From positions 68,138,001 to 68,202,000 of the forward strand of contig CM060733.1 of assembly GCA_030704615.1 (NCBI GenBank): DNA of 64,000 bases, written 5' to 3'. The notes under the pieces were generated by a model. The model was not told where the DNA came from and searched no databases. It saw only the letters and a program-made list of their open reading frames with translations. The stretch is from Takakia lepidozioides (Eukaryota; Plantae; Bryophyta). Shown here piece after piece: positions 46,601 through 59,160 of this stretch (the stretch's first letter is position 1; every line of letters begins with the position of its first letter). Made by a program: the position numbers and the translations under genes.

Positions 46601-47019
46601 CAAAGGTGATGATGCAAAAGGACTCCCAACTTCGTTCATGGTTTCATGCGGTCTGGAACAATTTGTCAACACAGAAATTCGGGCCTGACGATATTTTCTT
46701 TAAGGGCCATGAAGCATGGAAAAACTTGCACAATTCACAAGTCATTGGTACACCACTCACCTGGACAGACAAGGAGTTCAGGGTCTTCACCAATTTTGCA
46801 ATTCAGCGCTTACAACAAGTTTTACAATTTAAACTTCCAGACATGGTGGGACCACATTGTATGCCCCAGAGGATTCCACAAAAAGTTCGGCCGTTAAAAC
46901 ACCTGAGAGACGATGAGGATTCTGATACTACTGATTCTTCAGCGAACTCTTTTGACATGGCAGAGGACTATGCAATTCAGATGGCAGAGAAGAAGCGACA
47001 GGGGGTCTCCTATGCCTGA
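43629..47019 (+). CDS. Large 3' accessory ORF of the Gypsy element (~1100 aa reconstructed); partial copy at ~35580-38177
   Basis: Collinear frameshifted pieces 43696-44055, 43983-44201, 44639-44944, 44935-45729 (coiled coil), 45742-46002 and 46255-47019. N-terminal EEVAWADIMY motif. Confidence 0.65.
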
Positions 47020-47206
47020 AAGATTACCTCGATATCAGCCAAAGGAAGGACTGACATTTCCAGGTAGTGTTCAATCATCTCCGTCAACCAGTGACAGACC
47101 TCGGGCTCGCACACAGAGTCCTTCACGAGACTCTAACCGTTAGAAGGGTGCTTGCTCACAAAGGTTTCCAAATCCCAAACAGTAAACCGTGAGGACACGG
47201 CTTTTT

Positions 47207-47220
47207 GAGAGGGGGAGGGG
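47207..47220 (+). promoter_or_regulatory. Polypurine tract
   Basis: GAGAGGGGGAGGGG, 4 nt before the 3' LTR. Confidence 0.85.
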
Positions 47221-47224
47221 TAAA

Positions 47225-48211
47225 TGTTAGAGGGCTGCTTGGGACTTGGACGCTTTTACGGGATCTGTGGGGTACCCTTAATTTTTACACAGACTGAGAC
47301 CAACAGGAGCCTTAGGGGTGACAGCAACAGGCTTTAGGGGGGGAGATACACAGCCCAACACAGTCCATCACAGCCCGACACAGCCGTCACAGCCCGTCAC
47401 GGTCCATTACAACCCGTCACAGTCCAACACAGCCAGTCACAGCCGACACAGCCGACACAGTCAGACAAAGCCGTCACAGCTTCGCACAGTCGACACAGCC
47501 CAACACAGCCAGTCACAGCCCAACACAGCCCGACACAGCCTGATACAGCCAGTCACAGCTCGGCACAGCTGGGGAACAATTATCATTGGCAGGGAACGAC
47601 GGTGGAGAAACGACATCTGAAAAAGGAATGTGTACTACAGGGATGACGGTTAGTTAGGAAAGCGGTTAGAACAGCTTGTAGGTAGAAAAAGCGAAGAGCG
47701 GGGAGGTCTAGGGATGACTACTTCTTGGAGGACTTCTGGCATCACTGGGGGGAAATGAAGCGGAGAGCGCATCTCTGAGTAGAAAGAGGGAGAGCACGGA
47801 GTAGGAGGAGAATGATCTGTTGATGCTTGATGAATGCAAGCAGTAGAGTTGTAATGTAGAGCAGATTAGAGACTCCATGGCTTCAGCCTGATACTTGATA
47901 GATATAAATCTGATACATGCTTCATACTCACACTGTGTAGAGAGATCTGAGTGAAGCTGTGGAATGAATGGATGAGTTGATGGAATCCGATAGATTGCTG
48001 AAGCAATCTGATACATAAATACCAACAGTAAGGTAACTAGCTAACATGAATACGGGAAGGAATACAAATAGGAAACACCCCCATGATACACTAGCTGTAG
48101 GTCATGATTGATTGTTCTGAGCGGGCTGAGTGCTTAGAGATTTCCAACTCTTCTATCTTGGAGTTCCCACCTCGGATAGCGAAGGGATGGGTGAGTAAAA
48201 GCCGCTCGACA
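47225..48211 (+). repeat. 3' LTR (987 bp)
   Basis: Matches the 5' LTR; about 14 substitutions counted by eye outside the minisatellite. Confidence 0.95.
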
Positions 48212-48770
48212 CATACTTACATGAAAGCCACGCAAGATTTTAGATTACATCGCCAGTCTGTAATATAAAGACTTGTGTTGCCCGGCTGCACTCCAAATGT
48301 CTCGTCATGAATGTTATGGATCACTTGGGTATCAGTAGCGTGTCGTGCCAGCCAAGTCCTACTCGAGGTTCATCTTGAAATACTTGAATGGTCAATGGAC
48401 CGGAAGGGAGAAGGTTTTAATGATCCAAATTCTACGAACTGGATACAGTGAAAGGCACAAATGAACCTGGAAAAAGAAGAAAGGGAGGTCTCCCGTAGAA
48501 GGAGGTCGAAAAATCGCTTGGAAAATATGGTGACTTCCTAAGCACACTTTCATCCCATCATCTGAAGCAATATGAGAGCTCTCACAATCTGGGAAATACT
48601 TCAAGTTTTCTGTCTGGCCATACTTACCAAGTTAACTACAAGATCTTATCCAACATTGCCAGTGTTGCATAAAGTCTTGTGGTTTACAAGGTAAGTCTGT
48701 TCAGGCACTCTTGAAATCCCCGTAATGAATGTGTGGTTAATCACCTGGGTATCACTAGTGTCCTGATTGA
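48212..48770. repeat. Degenerate ~270-bp tandem array, right part after the Gypsy insertion
   Basis: The empty-site join 'cttgtgcatggccatac|ttacatgaaagccacgcaagattttag' rebuilds the unit seen at 25471. Confidence 0.8.
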
Positions 48771-49103
48771 ACTTAATTTACCGCCGGATGTATCCCGCTA
48801 AACGAACGACGGGAGATCTCAAGACAAAGGATGGACGGGAGATTTTTATTTTTATTTTTATTTTTATTTTTAACGTTAAATATTGCATTTATTCCAGAAT
48901 TGAGGGGGAAAAAATAAAACCCCTTTTGCACCATGAGGGCTACACACCGTAGTCAGTGGAGGGAGATCCAGTGCCTGCTGCTAAAGTGCAGCAGTGTGCT
49001 CATAGAGAGAGGACCTCTCGCAGCGACCTAACCCTGACCGAGAGACTTCCAAAAAAGTCAAGCCTGCAGCTGAGATTACCGAGGAGCTAATCTACAGCTA
49101 CGC

Positions 49104-52100
49104 TTAACGAAAATTTAGCCTGGAAGTAGTGGCGGGGTGCTTGACGTGTTTCCAGCTCACATCTCTCTCAAATTTCGGCAAGGCCGTGGAGTGGAGCTCT
49201 GAGGTCTCTCCAGCGCTGAGGGGGGAGAGCGTTCCAAATACAGTGTTCCTGCGCTTTGACAAATGATGCCATGGCAGGCACGTCATCCTGAATGTTGCAT
49301 GGATTGCTGGCGTCTGCCTGGGAGTCCTGTGACAGTCTACAACACATTTTGCCCAAGCTTTTTTCGACTCTGTTAAAAGATCTTTGTACACCATTGCCAA
49401 CAAAGCTGAGGTACTTATTGTCTCCTTGCTAAAGGTCTTTTTGCATCTAGCACGCCAAAGGTGCTTTATCGTAGATGCGCGAAGAGTCTCGAAGACTGGA
49501 CATGGAAAGGATCGGCCCTTGGTTGTTTTGTTGTAATTAAGTAGCCGATCCAAAGGGCCAATGGCCGAGAGACTCCAATGTCTGTAGAAGACCTTGATGA
49601 AGGGCCAGATTTTGGCTGGAGCTATACAGGTCAGAAGGCAGTGCTCATGAGATTGAATGATACTCGAGGAACAACATCGACATACTAGAGCATCATGGAA
49701 TTGCAACCATTCTCCCACTTTTAGGGCTCTGTTCGCTACTTGCCATAAAAACGCCGAGATCTTGGCCGGCCTGATTTTTAGCCAGATAGAAGACCAGATT
49801 GCTGATCAGTTTTTATTTGTTAAGAGCCCTATAAGCCTTCTTGGGGGTGTAGGTAAGAAGGGGTGATGCAGCGCGGCCAAAGGACCATTCCCATTCCTTG
49901 GGGTCCAGCTGGAGGTCCGCTAGAGGTCTTCCCAGGATCCATACAAATGTGGAGGTATTGACCTAGGCCAAGACAGGTATGGTAAGAGGTGGTTGGGGAT
50001 CAAACTCTTTGAACTTAGATGACCAATTGCATATTCTCACTGGGGTATGAATGAAACGGGGGAAGAGGGTTTGGGATTGTGAAACCAAGATCAACACTAG
50101 AGTTTCGGGGTTTATATGGTAAGCGAACCCTGAGAAGTGTGTGTCTGTGGCAAAAATCACCAGTATGATGGTGAGCCTGTTGCTTATGACTCCTAATGTC
50201 CAGAAGTTCGTGGAGGGGGTTATTGGTCCCGCCTGCAGCGACAGGGACCAGGTTTGAGGTATAGAATTTATGACCGCCTGCAGCCCGGCCTTGGCTCTAA
50301 TTGACCCCAGAATAGGGCAAATTGTGTCAATATGCAGGGAGCCTGTAGGCGACCACAAGTGTTTTAGTTGACTGATGCCCCTGCTGTCCCAGGCAGACCA
50401 CTTTTTTGCCATCGATTTTTCAGATGGTGTGGGCATGTTGGTGTTCAAAAATAGGTGTTGGCGGAGGGTTTCCTCGAATGTTTCTGGCTCTTTTTTGTGA
50501 AGGAAAGGTCTCAGTGTAGCCCAAGCTTTCCAGATGACGTTCCAAAGGGACGATCCCACCTTTTTGTGCTTGAATCCATGTGTGCTCCAGCGAATGGAGG
50601 GGTGCCACCTAGAGGTCTTGAGGGGACTTGCCATCATCAGATTTTCCAAAACCAAAAACTTCCACCAGCCACCTTCTGGGCCTAAGAATCTTGGCAACCA
50701 AGGAGTGCTATAATTTGGATCTCCGGGTCCAGAACCCCCAGTCCTCCCTGTTTTTTTGGCTGGCAGATGTGTCTCCAGGAGACCCGTGGCCTGACTTTTT
50801 GGCCCACTTTGCTAGCTCCCCAAACGAAATTCCGCAACAAAGCTTTGTATTCACCGATTTGTCTTTTAGAAGGGCGCCAGGATGCTGCGTAGAACCAAAG
50901 GCCAGTTGAGAGAATCTGGTTGGCCACAAGTGCCCAACCTGTGATTGAGAGGAACTTAGAGCCCCAGAAAGTGAGGTTTCTTTTAATCTTGGAAATCGTT
51001 GTTCATCGGTGATATCAAGCCCATAGGTGTATCCTAGCAACGTTGTCGTCTGGCTAGGTTGCAGCCATGATAGGCCCCAGGCCTGGCCCCAAGAGGGCAC
51101 ACGTCCCAGAAGGGATTTCGATGTGTCTCCAGCGAGGATAGCACAGGTTTTGTTCCAGATGACCTTGAAACCGGAGGTTTCACAGAAGGCCTCCAAAGTT
51201 GCTGCATTCTGTCCAGGTTGGTTTGGCTTGCTTGAAGCATAAGGAAAGTGTCATCTACATACATGGATTCCCTGATGTAAGCAGGCTGGTTAGTTATGTA
51301 GTTTGTGATTCTAAGACCCAGAATCTGTCTGTCTGCTTAACCAACTGTGTCGGCGGCAATAATGACGAGGACAGGAGCCAAGGGGCAGCCTTGACGGACA
51401 GATCGAAACAAGTTGAATGGCTTTGACACTGCACCGTTGATGATCACCCTGCTGGTTGACCCATTCAGTAAAATGCGTACCCATCGACACCAATCTTGGC
51501 CAGGGTGCCCATGAGGAAAGGCCATTCTACTCTGTCAAACGCTTTCTCAAAGTCTAGAAGGATTATGGCAATAGCCTGCTGGGTTTGAAGTGCGTACTGG
51601 GGAAAGCTCCTATGCCAGAAGAAGATTATCCATGATGTATCTTCCCTTAATAAAGCCCGATTGGCTAGGTCTAATGATTGACGGGAGCAGAGGCTGAAGA
51701 CGTAGAGCCAGGCATTTGGCTATAATCTATTGAGGAGAGTTATGGGCCTGTAGTTGCTTAAGTCCGTCCTGTCTCCCTTTTTGAAAATCAGAGAGATGAC
51801 TCCCTATGACATGTTCCCCGGCATATGGTTCACTTGGAAGATGTGGTTGGTCATGGCCAGAAAGTCAAGCGAGATGTCAGGCCAGAGCTTTTTGTAAAAT
51901 TCCACCGGGACTCCATCCAGCCCTGGACATTTCCCATCTTTCAGCTTGGAAAGGGCCAGCTCAAGCTCCCCTTCCGAGAGAGCCCCTTCTAGAGCCTCGG
52001 CTATAGGCGGGGCAATGAGAAGTGCGCCAGGCAAGCATCGAGCGTGGCTGCTGCTACCGGTCTGTCACTTGTAAAGAGGGTCTGAAAGTGGCTGGCAGCG

Positions 52101-53351
52101 AATGAAGCCATGGGTTTGGGGTCTGTGAATGTCAGCCCCAAGGCCCGGTTGGCTAGTTCAGATATTGTCTGCCCTGCCTTTCTCAGCCTGGTTTTTGCAA
52201 AGAAATACTTGGACATTTTTTCTCCCTTGGATGACCAGTTTACACCTGCTGACATCTTAAGCTTCTGCTCCTGCAGGTCTTGGAAGAATTGCAAATTTTG
52301 TTTTGCTTCCAGGTAGGTATTGTAAGTTTCTTGATCATAGCGGGGAGATTCCATTTTTCTTTGACAGACTGAGAGGCATTTGATGAGGGCCCTCACCCTT
52401 CTTTTCCTAGTGGCTGCAATCTCTCTACTCATCTGCTGACTGGCTGCCCCCACTGCTTTGAGCTTGGTCATGAACTTATCTGAAGGGTTTTGGGAGACCG
52501 AGCCAGCCCGAGACCAGGTTGTCCGCAAGCCTTGTGCAAACTCCGGGATCTGTAATAGAGAGGCATTCATTTTGTAAAGACCCTTGCCCCTTGGGCGAGT
52601 GTTTGGAATATCCAATGAAGCCTCAATGACGGCGTGATCAAAGCCGGGGTGGATGGGCTGTTGGGGTAGCCTCCGGGACCATTGAATACAGTCCAAGGAG
52701 GCGTAGAATCTGTCCAATCGGCGAGGGCTTTGTTATTTGACCAAGTGAAGACTGGGCCAGAGGGGGGTGGAGGCCCCCGGTTTACCATTTCTATTTCCAC
52801 CCAATTGCGATAGATCCACCACACATACTAACACATGAACAAATCAACCAGGATCATCAAGAAGGCTAGACCAGAACCAAGACCCCGTTTGTCGGTAGGA
52901 GACTCAACCATATTGAAGTCCCCTGCCAGCACCCAGAAATCTATGTCTTGTTTTAGTTCCATGTTGGTGTTTATGGACTCCCAAAGTTGTGCCCTTCTTG
53001 CCGGCGAGTTCAGAGCATAAATATTAAATAACCCTAGCCGGCCACCTTTGGCTGGGAGGTCTATGGCACAACACTGATCTCTGCCTGGAACCCCAAGACC
53101 ATTCCGAGACAATAAACTGACAGAGGGATGGGGAAACCAAGATGGGGGTACCTCCTCTGGAACCTTCGGAAGTTGGTTTCCATAGGGAGTTTGCTCGTGG
53201 AGAGAGAAGCGATTTTCCCTAGATCAAGTTTGTGTTCTTGTAGGAAGAGAATTGCATCTTTCCGAAGATAAGGGGCTAGAAAATTCTTGACGCTAGCGTG
53301 CTTTGGGGAAGCATTATCCGCCCCAAGGCCCCTGATGTTCCAAGAAGCCAT
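49104..53351 (-). pseudogene. L1 ORF2 (endonuclease, reverse transcriptase, zinc finger), frameshifted
   Basis: ASWNIRGLG, FLQEHKL, AGDFNMV, FTWSN, DRFY, DH; KCPGLDGVPVEFYKK, RQGCPLAP, YVDDT; CRCC...HCLLTC. Confidence 0.9.
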
Positions 53352-53352
53352 G

Positions 53353-55860
53353 TCAATCAACATGGGGATGGAAGGCAAGGCTGAGATGATCAATTTCATT
53401 TGATGGCCTCTGACTTAAACAATTGAATTTAACCCGCTTATCAGAGGGGAGGAGGCTGTTGACCCAAATATAAGGGCTGGGAGGTGAGGGAGGTCTTCTT
53501 AGAATTTGAACCATGATGAGGTGGGAGCTGTCCAAATGAGAATTTGAAAGGATCTGATCTGGGTGCGGGGTTGTGGCCAAACAAGAGGGATTTGGGGAAA
53601 GTTTTTTGAAAAAGGCTGAGTTACGTCTAAGGATGGGAGGGTGATAGAGGTCAGAGAGGCAAGAGAGGTCTGAGGGTGATGCATCTACAGGCAGGCTGAT
53701 AGCCGAGAGGGTTTTCCTGGCGGATTGCCTAGCATCAACAGACGGGCGGATACATAGAACCCAACATCTCTTCCTATCCTTGGAGTCAGCCTGGAATAGA
53801 AAGATAGGCAGGGGCTGGGGGCTTACCTTAGAGAGTGGAGAACCCGCCTCGTGGGTGGCATTTGGCGGGGGGGCCAGGTGAGGGGAAGCCGTTGGTATGG
53901 AGAAAGAGCCAATTGCCGCTTGAATTTCTTGGATGGAGGGGAGCAGATTGGCTGACCTCCGATTGTCATCTGCAGATTGGCTCTCGATTTGGCATATTTG
54001 GCCCTGGGGCTCCTGTCGGGGTGGGGCCTCCTCTTCGCTTGCCAGTGTTTGCTCCCCAGGGGAGCCACTTGAGGAAGATGATTCAGAGGGAATCCCTCTG
54101 AGGTGATATCTTGTTCTCTGCAGATCATCTTGGTGGTTAATATCTGTCAAACGTTGGTCCAACAGCCTGGGGAGGAGGGTAAAGGCATTTGATAGCACAT
54201 CCTTTGCCCTGATGTGGGCTGGCTGCGTGCCCCATTGTTTCCCCAAACAGTCTTCCCTGATCCACCATGACTTGTCTGGGGGGGTGTGGTAGATATTTGC
54301 ATCCTCCATTAGAGCCAGCACCTGGATGTTAGGCCTGCAGTTCAAATAAGGGTGTTCTTCCACATACGCCCCCCAGGTGATAGACAAGGAAGGAGAAATG
54401 AGATAGCACGGTAGATGATTGGCAAAAAAATCTTGTATTTTAGCCATGAGCATGCACTGAGGGCTGCTGTTGTGGGGACACTTTTCAATGAAACTTAACA
54501 CATCCTGGTTGGTGATCCACAGTGATTCCAAATCATGCCTGTCTTCAGATGTAATGAGAATTGAGGCTGGGGGGCCTATTTTGAAAACAATGGGGGTAAC
54601 ACAAGAGGCTTTGGGAGCCTCGTTGGTGGACAAGGCTGAGCATCCTAGCAGCACAAGGTCTTGGAAGGATTGTATGGATTTTAGAACAATGGCCACCATC
54701 GGATTGCCTGCAATCGCTGAAGGAGAGAGCTTCATAGTAGGGTCCGCCTCTTGGGAGAAAGGAGCTGAGGGAGGTGGAGGGGGATTGGAGGTCTGCGCTG
54801 TGACGAGGGGGGGACACTTATGAGCGAAAATAGGGGCAGACAGTGAGCAGCTAGCCTCCAGATGCATAGGATCCAAGGGGTCTTTTTGTTTTTTGGCAAT
54901 GTGTACTGGACTAAATTGCAGAAGATCAGCAGATAGAGATGGGTTTGGTGACAGCAAAGAGTGCAAGGGGAAGGGGGGGTTAGCTGGAAGAGCGGGGGGG
55001 GGGGGGGGGGGAGAGAGAGAGGCAGGATGGAACTAAGAAGAGGCGTGTGGGTTAGCCGCAGGCCCTACAATTGGAGACCTTTTCCTCTTACTGAAAGGGC
55101 AATTTACCTTGATGTGTCCATGTTTCCCACAGCCAAAGCATGCTGAGTAAGATGCATATTCAATCAGCCGAATTGTGAAGTAGTTCCCTTCAGTGTCGAT
55201 TGGCAGTCTCACATAGTCAGGCAGCACTGCTTCATAAGGCATCATCAACACCATTTTAGGACAACCATCTTCATTCATTTTTGTTGCGATGGTGGCCGAT
55301 TTCCATGATGGCATTTTCCTGAGGACGTCTGTGTTCATGAGGGGATCAAATACCCCCAAACAGCCCAAGTACTCTCCAAAATGGTTGGCAATGTCTGGTA
55401 GATTTGGCAGGTACTGATCTGGGATAAATGGTATAGAAACAACTCTAGGTCCCCACAACTTGTCGTTCTTGTTGCCCAGCTAGGGAAGATATTTACGTTA
55501 AAGCCCTTCTGATGCAGGTTGAATTGCAGAGCCTTAGCTGCCGCAACCGCCGATTCAAACATCACTGAAAAGAACCCACGTCCTTTGGCAATGCAGAAGT
55601 GATGGTTAAACTCTCCCGGGCCGCCAAGGTAGCGGATTGCCCAGTCCCTCAAGTAGGATCTCTTGACCTTTCTGCCCGGAAAGTGCAGCAAAACACCAGA
55701 GTTCTCCATACCTGGGATTCTGATGTGCAGATCTTGTATATCCATCTTGATAAGGGGAAAGACATTGCTCATTGCTCACTGCTCCTCCAGGGGGTCAATG
55801 AAAAACTCCTCATCTTCTAGCACTAGAGGGGAGAGGCACTGCTCCTGGATGTGCGGGGGC
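53353..55860 (-). pseudogene. L1 ORF1 (RRM-like region, CCHC knuckle, Pro/Ser-rich tail), frameshifted
   Basis: KGRGFFSVMFES; CFGCGKHGHIKVNC; 537-aa open Pro/Ser-rich segment. Confidence 0.75.
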
Positions 55861-55969
55861 CTTGCCTCACTGATGCAGATCCGTCACTGGACGAAGCAAT
55901 TTCACGAAGAAAATTAATATTTGAGTCAATGGACGAAGCAAATTAAGATTTGAGTTTGTAGGTTCTTAC

Positions 55970-57772
55970 CAGAAGCGAGTATGTGACAATCCCGCCACAA
56001 TACACATTGGCAACGGAAGAGCCCTCCGGACATAATGTCTCAACGACCTGGTCGATGGCCGATGATCGGATCTCATTGTTGTAATACGACTTTGCAGAGG
56101 ATTTTCAGATTCTTCCGCCTCTGTACGTAGCACTCTTGGGAAGTATCGATCGTCGGCTGTGATGCTCCTCCACACGACCTCGTCCACGTTGTCCCACTCC
56201 GCGTCTGCCATCGGAAAAATGAAATGGAAATGAATTACTGGAGTCTCAAAATTCCTTGTCTTGAAAAAAATCTCCCTTTTTGATGGAATGTAGAAGCTCG
56301 TCTCTATAAGGAATTCCACCTTTGAATGTACGCTATCAGCTCACGAGAGCTATCAGTATCGGTGTTGACACATAATACGCTGGTCCTGATTTTTCTTGAC
56401 CTCATACCATTGAAGAGGTCGGCAAACTCATTCTCTGTCCAAGGCTCGATCTTGTCTGGGCGCTCATTCAATGTGCTGATCATGATGAGCGAAACAACTT
56501 CAAATGCTTTTGTGGCGAACATTGCCACCGTCCCAATCTCCCGAGCCCTGTTTCCAATCTCGCACACACTGTAAACTCTATCAAGCGAACCTCGTGGAGT
56601 CTCTGCAAGCGATTTCACGGCTTGAATTAAATTCAGAAATTGAAGTGGTTGCTTCTGCTTTCCCGTCGTTGGCTTCATTTTCGTGTCAAGGTAGGGGTTC
56701 CCGAGAGCATTCTTAAAGTGCACAAACTGGGCCTTGTTGATTTTGTACTTATGTTTGATGGCGGTCCACTCCACCTTTGTGTATGGATGTCAGTTGTCCT
56801 TCATCGGCTCCTTAAATCCAAAACCGACCATGATATCATCAATAATGTGCCTCCTCATCTTCTTGTACTTGCAATAATCCTCTAGACTCAGAACATCGGG
56901 GTATGGATGACGCATCGACACTTTGTTTTTGAGTAACATGTGGGCAACCTTCCAAATCTGGCTGTCGTCCAAACCCTGCAGTCGAGCAACGCTAGATTTT
57001 TTGAGCGCTGGCTGCTCTTTCATGGGGATATTCCCTTTGGGGTCAATAAGCTCGCCCTTCTCCCATGAACACTCTTGTCCAGCAATTCCAGGTCCGATCG
57101 GAGGTGAACACAAGTGGCATTGCCTCTTTGTCGCTTTTCACATCCAGAATGGTTTGAGCTCCGACCATGAAATCCTGCACATACCAGCAAGTGTAGTTAA
57201 CTACCACGGGAGGTCTCCCTTGCTAACTTTCACATTCAGCCAACACTTCCAGCTGACTTCCAGCTAACTCCAGCACTTCAAACACTTCCAGCTAACTTCC
57301 TACAAACACCTTCAACTGATGATTTAAACCAACCAAGAGAATGTTGACAATTGGTCACTCTTTATGGAGTGTCTCCTACATTGTATTGCGGTGCTTCTCC
57401 ATTTCCTCTTTCTGGTGACATTCTTGACCGTGTGCAGTGCCTGATTCCAGACTCCTTTTCAAACTGAAAATAATAGGTCAGTGAAAGGGAAGTTACTTAC
57501 TCTTTGGCGGATGACCTCGGGACATTATATAACACTCTATTACGCTCTTGGATACTACGTCTTAAATATCATGGGAGGTCTCCCGTGATATTCACCTACT
57601 GCGACAATGGGTTTTATCACGGGAGACCTCCCCTGAGAGAACAAACGGGAGAGGTCCCATGACTAGCACGGGAGACCTCCCCTGACAAAATGCTTGGGTC
57701 ACCTAATGCAATCCTAATGCAATCAGTTGTGGGAAGATACGAAAGTACATACCGTGAGCTTGATCCTGCCAT
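55970..57772 (-). pseudogene. 5' exons of the transposon accessory gene; degenerate N6/N4 DNA-methyltransferase-like domain
   Basis: Exons 57772-57753, 57560-57501, 57463-57334 and 57174-55970 have phase-compatible GT-AG junctions. Exon 4 ends EIRSSAIDQVVETLCPEGSSVANVYCGGIVTYSLL, resembling the SAM-binding motif I region of beta-class amino-methyltransferases. Contains stops and frameshifts. Confidence 0.5.
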
Positions 57773-58169
57773 GGTGGTTGAAGAATAATCGCAGCAGCAA
57801 TGCACCAATCAAATTACACCACGACACCTGCACGGGCTCACCACCAGCTATCCTGATCGCCCTCCTGAACGACGACCGCACCACACAGCTGAAACTAACA
57901 AACAAAATCCTGAACACTGCTAGACGCAACAGACAACAGATGCAGAGCGCAGATCAGATGTAGATCACCGACCCTCCCTTCACTCCGTTCGCTCCCTCTC
58001 AAGCTCTCAAGACTCGTGGCTCTAAGTTTCAGCAGGGCTTCGCCGTCATGAAAGTGTGAGAGGGAGAATGAACCAAGGAGCGTCCCCTTTAATACCCGGG
58101 GAGGCAGACCCATGCGATACCACGCCATGGGTATGCGATGGCAAGCATGCCCGGTGCAAGTCCCAAGAA

Positions 58170-58600
58170 TTGCCACGCGCCCGCCATGCGCGAGATCCAA
58201 GCGGCGGCTGCCGCAGGGGCCAATTATTAGGGGAGGGCTCCCGTGAAACGGCGCCTGCCACGGGCCCCGTTGGCGGGAGATTCAAACGGTGGCGGCCAGC
58301 CATGCGCGAGATTCAATCGGCGGCGCGCGTAGGGCCCGCAAACGTGGCCAATCACATTTATTAGGGGAGGGCTCCCGTGAAACGACGCCTGCCACGCGCC
58401 CGTCATGCGCAAGATTCAAGAGGCGCCGCACGTAGGGCCCGCAAACCTGGCCAATCATATTTATTAGGGGAGGGTTCCGTGAAACGGCGCCTGCCACGTG
58501 CCCGCCATGCGCGACATTCATGCGGCGGCAGGCGTAGGGCCCGCAAACCTAGAAAATCATAATTATTACGGGAGGGCTCCCGTGAAACGGCGCATTCAAC
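58170..58600. repeat. CpG-rich ~100-135-bp tandem units between the divergent genes
   Basis: Four units 'ttattaggggagggctcccgtgaaacggcgcctgccacg...'. Palindrome variants at 58229, 58363, 58466 and 58568; CCAAT boxes. Confidence 0.85.
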
Positions 58601-59151
58601 TCATGAACATGGAAGGTTCTATGCACTCTATTTGTAATGGACAATCCAGATTCAACGATGCTTTTGAGCATGCATGTGAAGGCATTTCCATAGTTAGTAT
58701 TCCAGCACGTGGCGAGCAGGCAGGCTACGCATGTGCTGGAACGTTAGAGTACGAGATGCCGCCGGCCATAATGCGGCGGCATCGGCATTAGTGAATGCGG
58801 CGGCGGTGCTGCGGTACGCTACGACGAATCTTACCTTCCATGAATGCTGCGAGGGGAGAGCTCCTGAGGCGCGGCGCAGCGTCATCATGGTCATGCGACA
58901 TCCATCAAATCCGACGGCTCATATTATATCTGGGATCTCCTTGGACGGTACCAATTACATTGATGTCATCGTGCAGGTACATCATAGATGATATCCATCC
59001 ACGTGGCGGCCATGCAAAAGTTGTACTGTTGGGTACGGGAGGCCCCCCGTCACAGTCATTATGGCAAGTAATTAATGAAACGATTCCCCTTGTTGTACAA
59101 GCCTCATGTATGGGTGCGGTTGGCCTCATGCCCCAGCATGCAAATGCGGGT

Positions 59152-59160
59152 CTATATAAG
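59152..59160 (+). promoter_or_regulatory. Candidate TATA box for the transposase gene
   Basis: CTATATAAG upstream of the first plausible + strand exon near 59370. Confidence 0.35.

Larger units (their letters stand above)
26853..48211 (+). mobile_element. Ty3/Gypsy LTR retrotransposon, non-chromovirus (Athila/Tat/Phygy-like)
   Basis: TG...CA LTRs; 5-bp TSD CATAC (26848-26852, 48212-48216); PBS; PPT; domain order gag-PR-RT-RH-INT; no chromodomain seen. Confidence 0.95.
48843..55880 (-). mobile_element. L1-clade LINE, near full length, decayed
   Basis: ORF1, then APE-RT-zinc finger ORF2, then an (AAAAAT)n tail at 48843-48871. Confidence 0.9.

Noticed and set aside
55860-55890. RICISE peptide as the next methyltransferase-like exon
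   Set aside because: It begins with a stop codon and straddles the inferred L1 5' junction, so it is probably coincidental.
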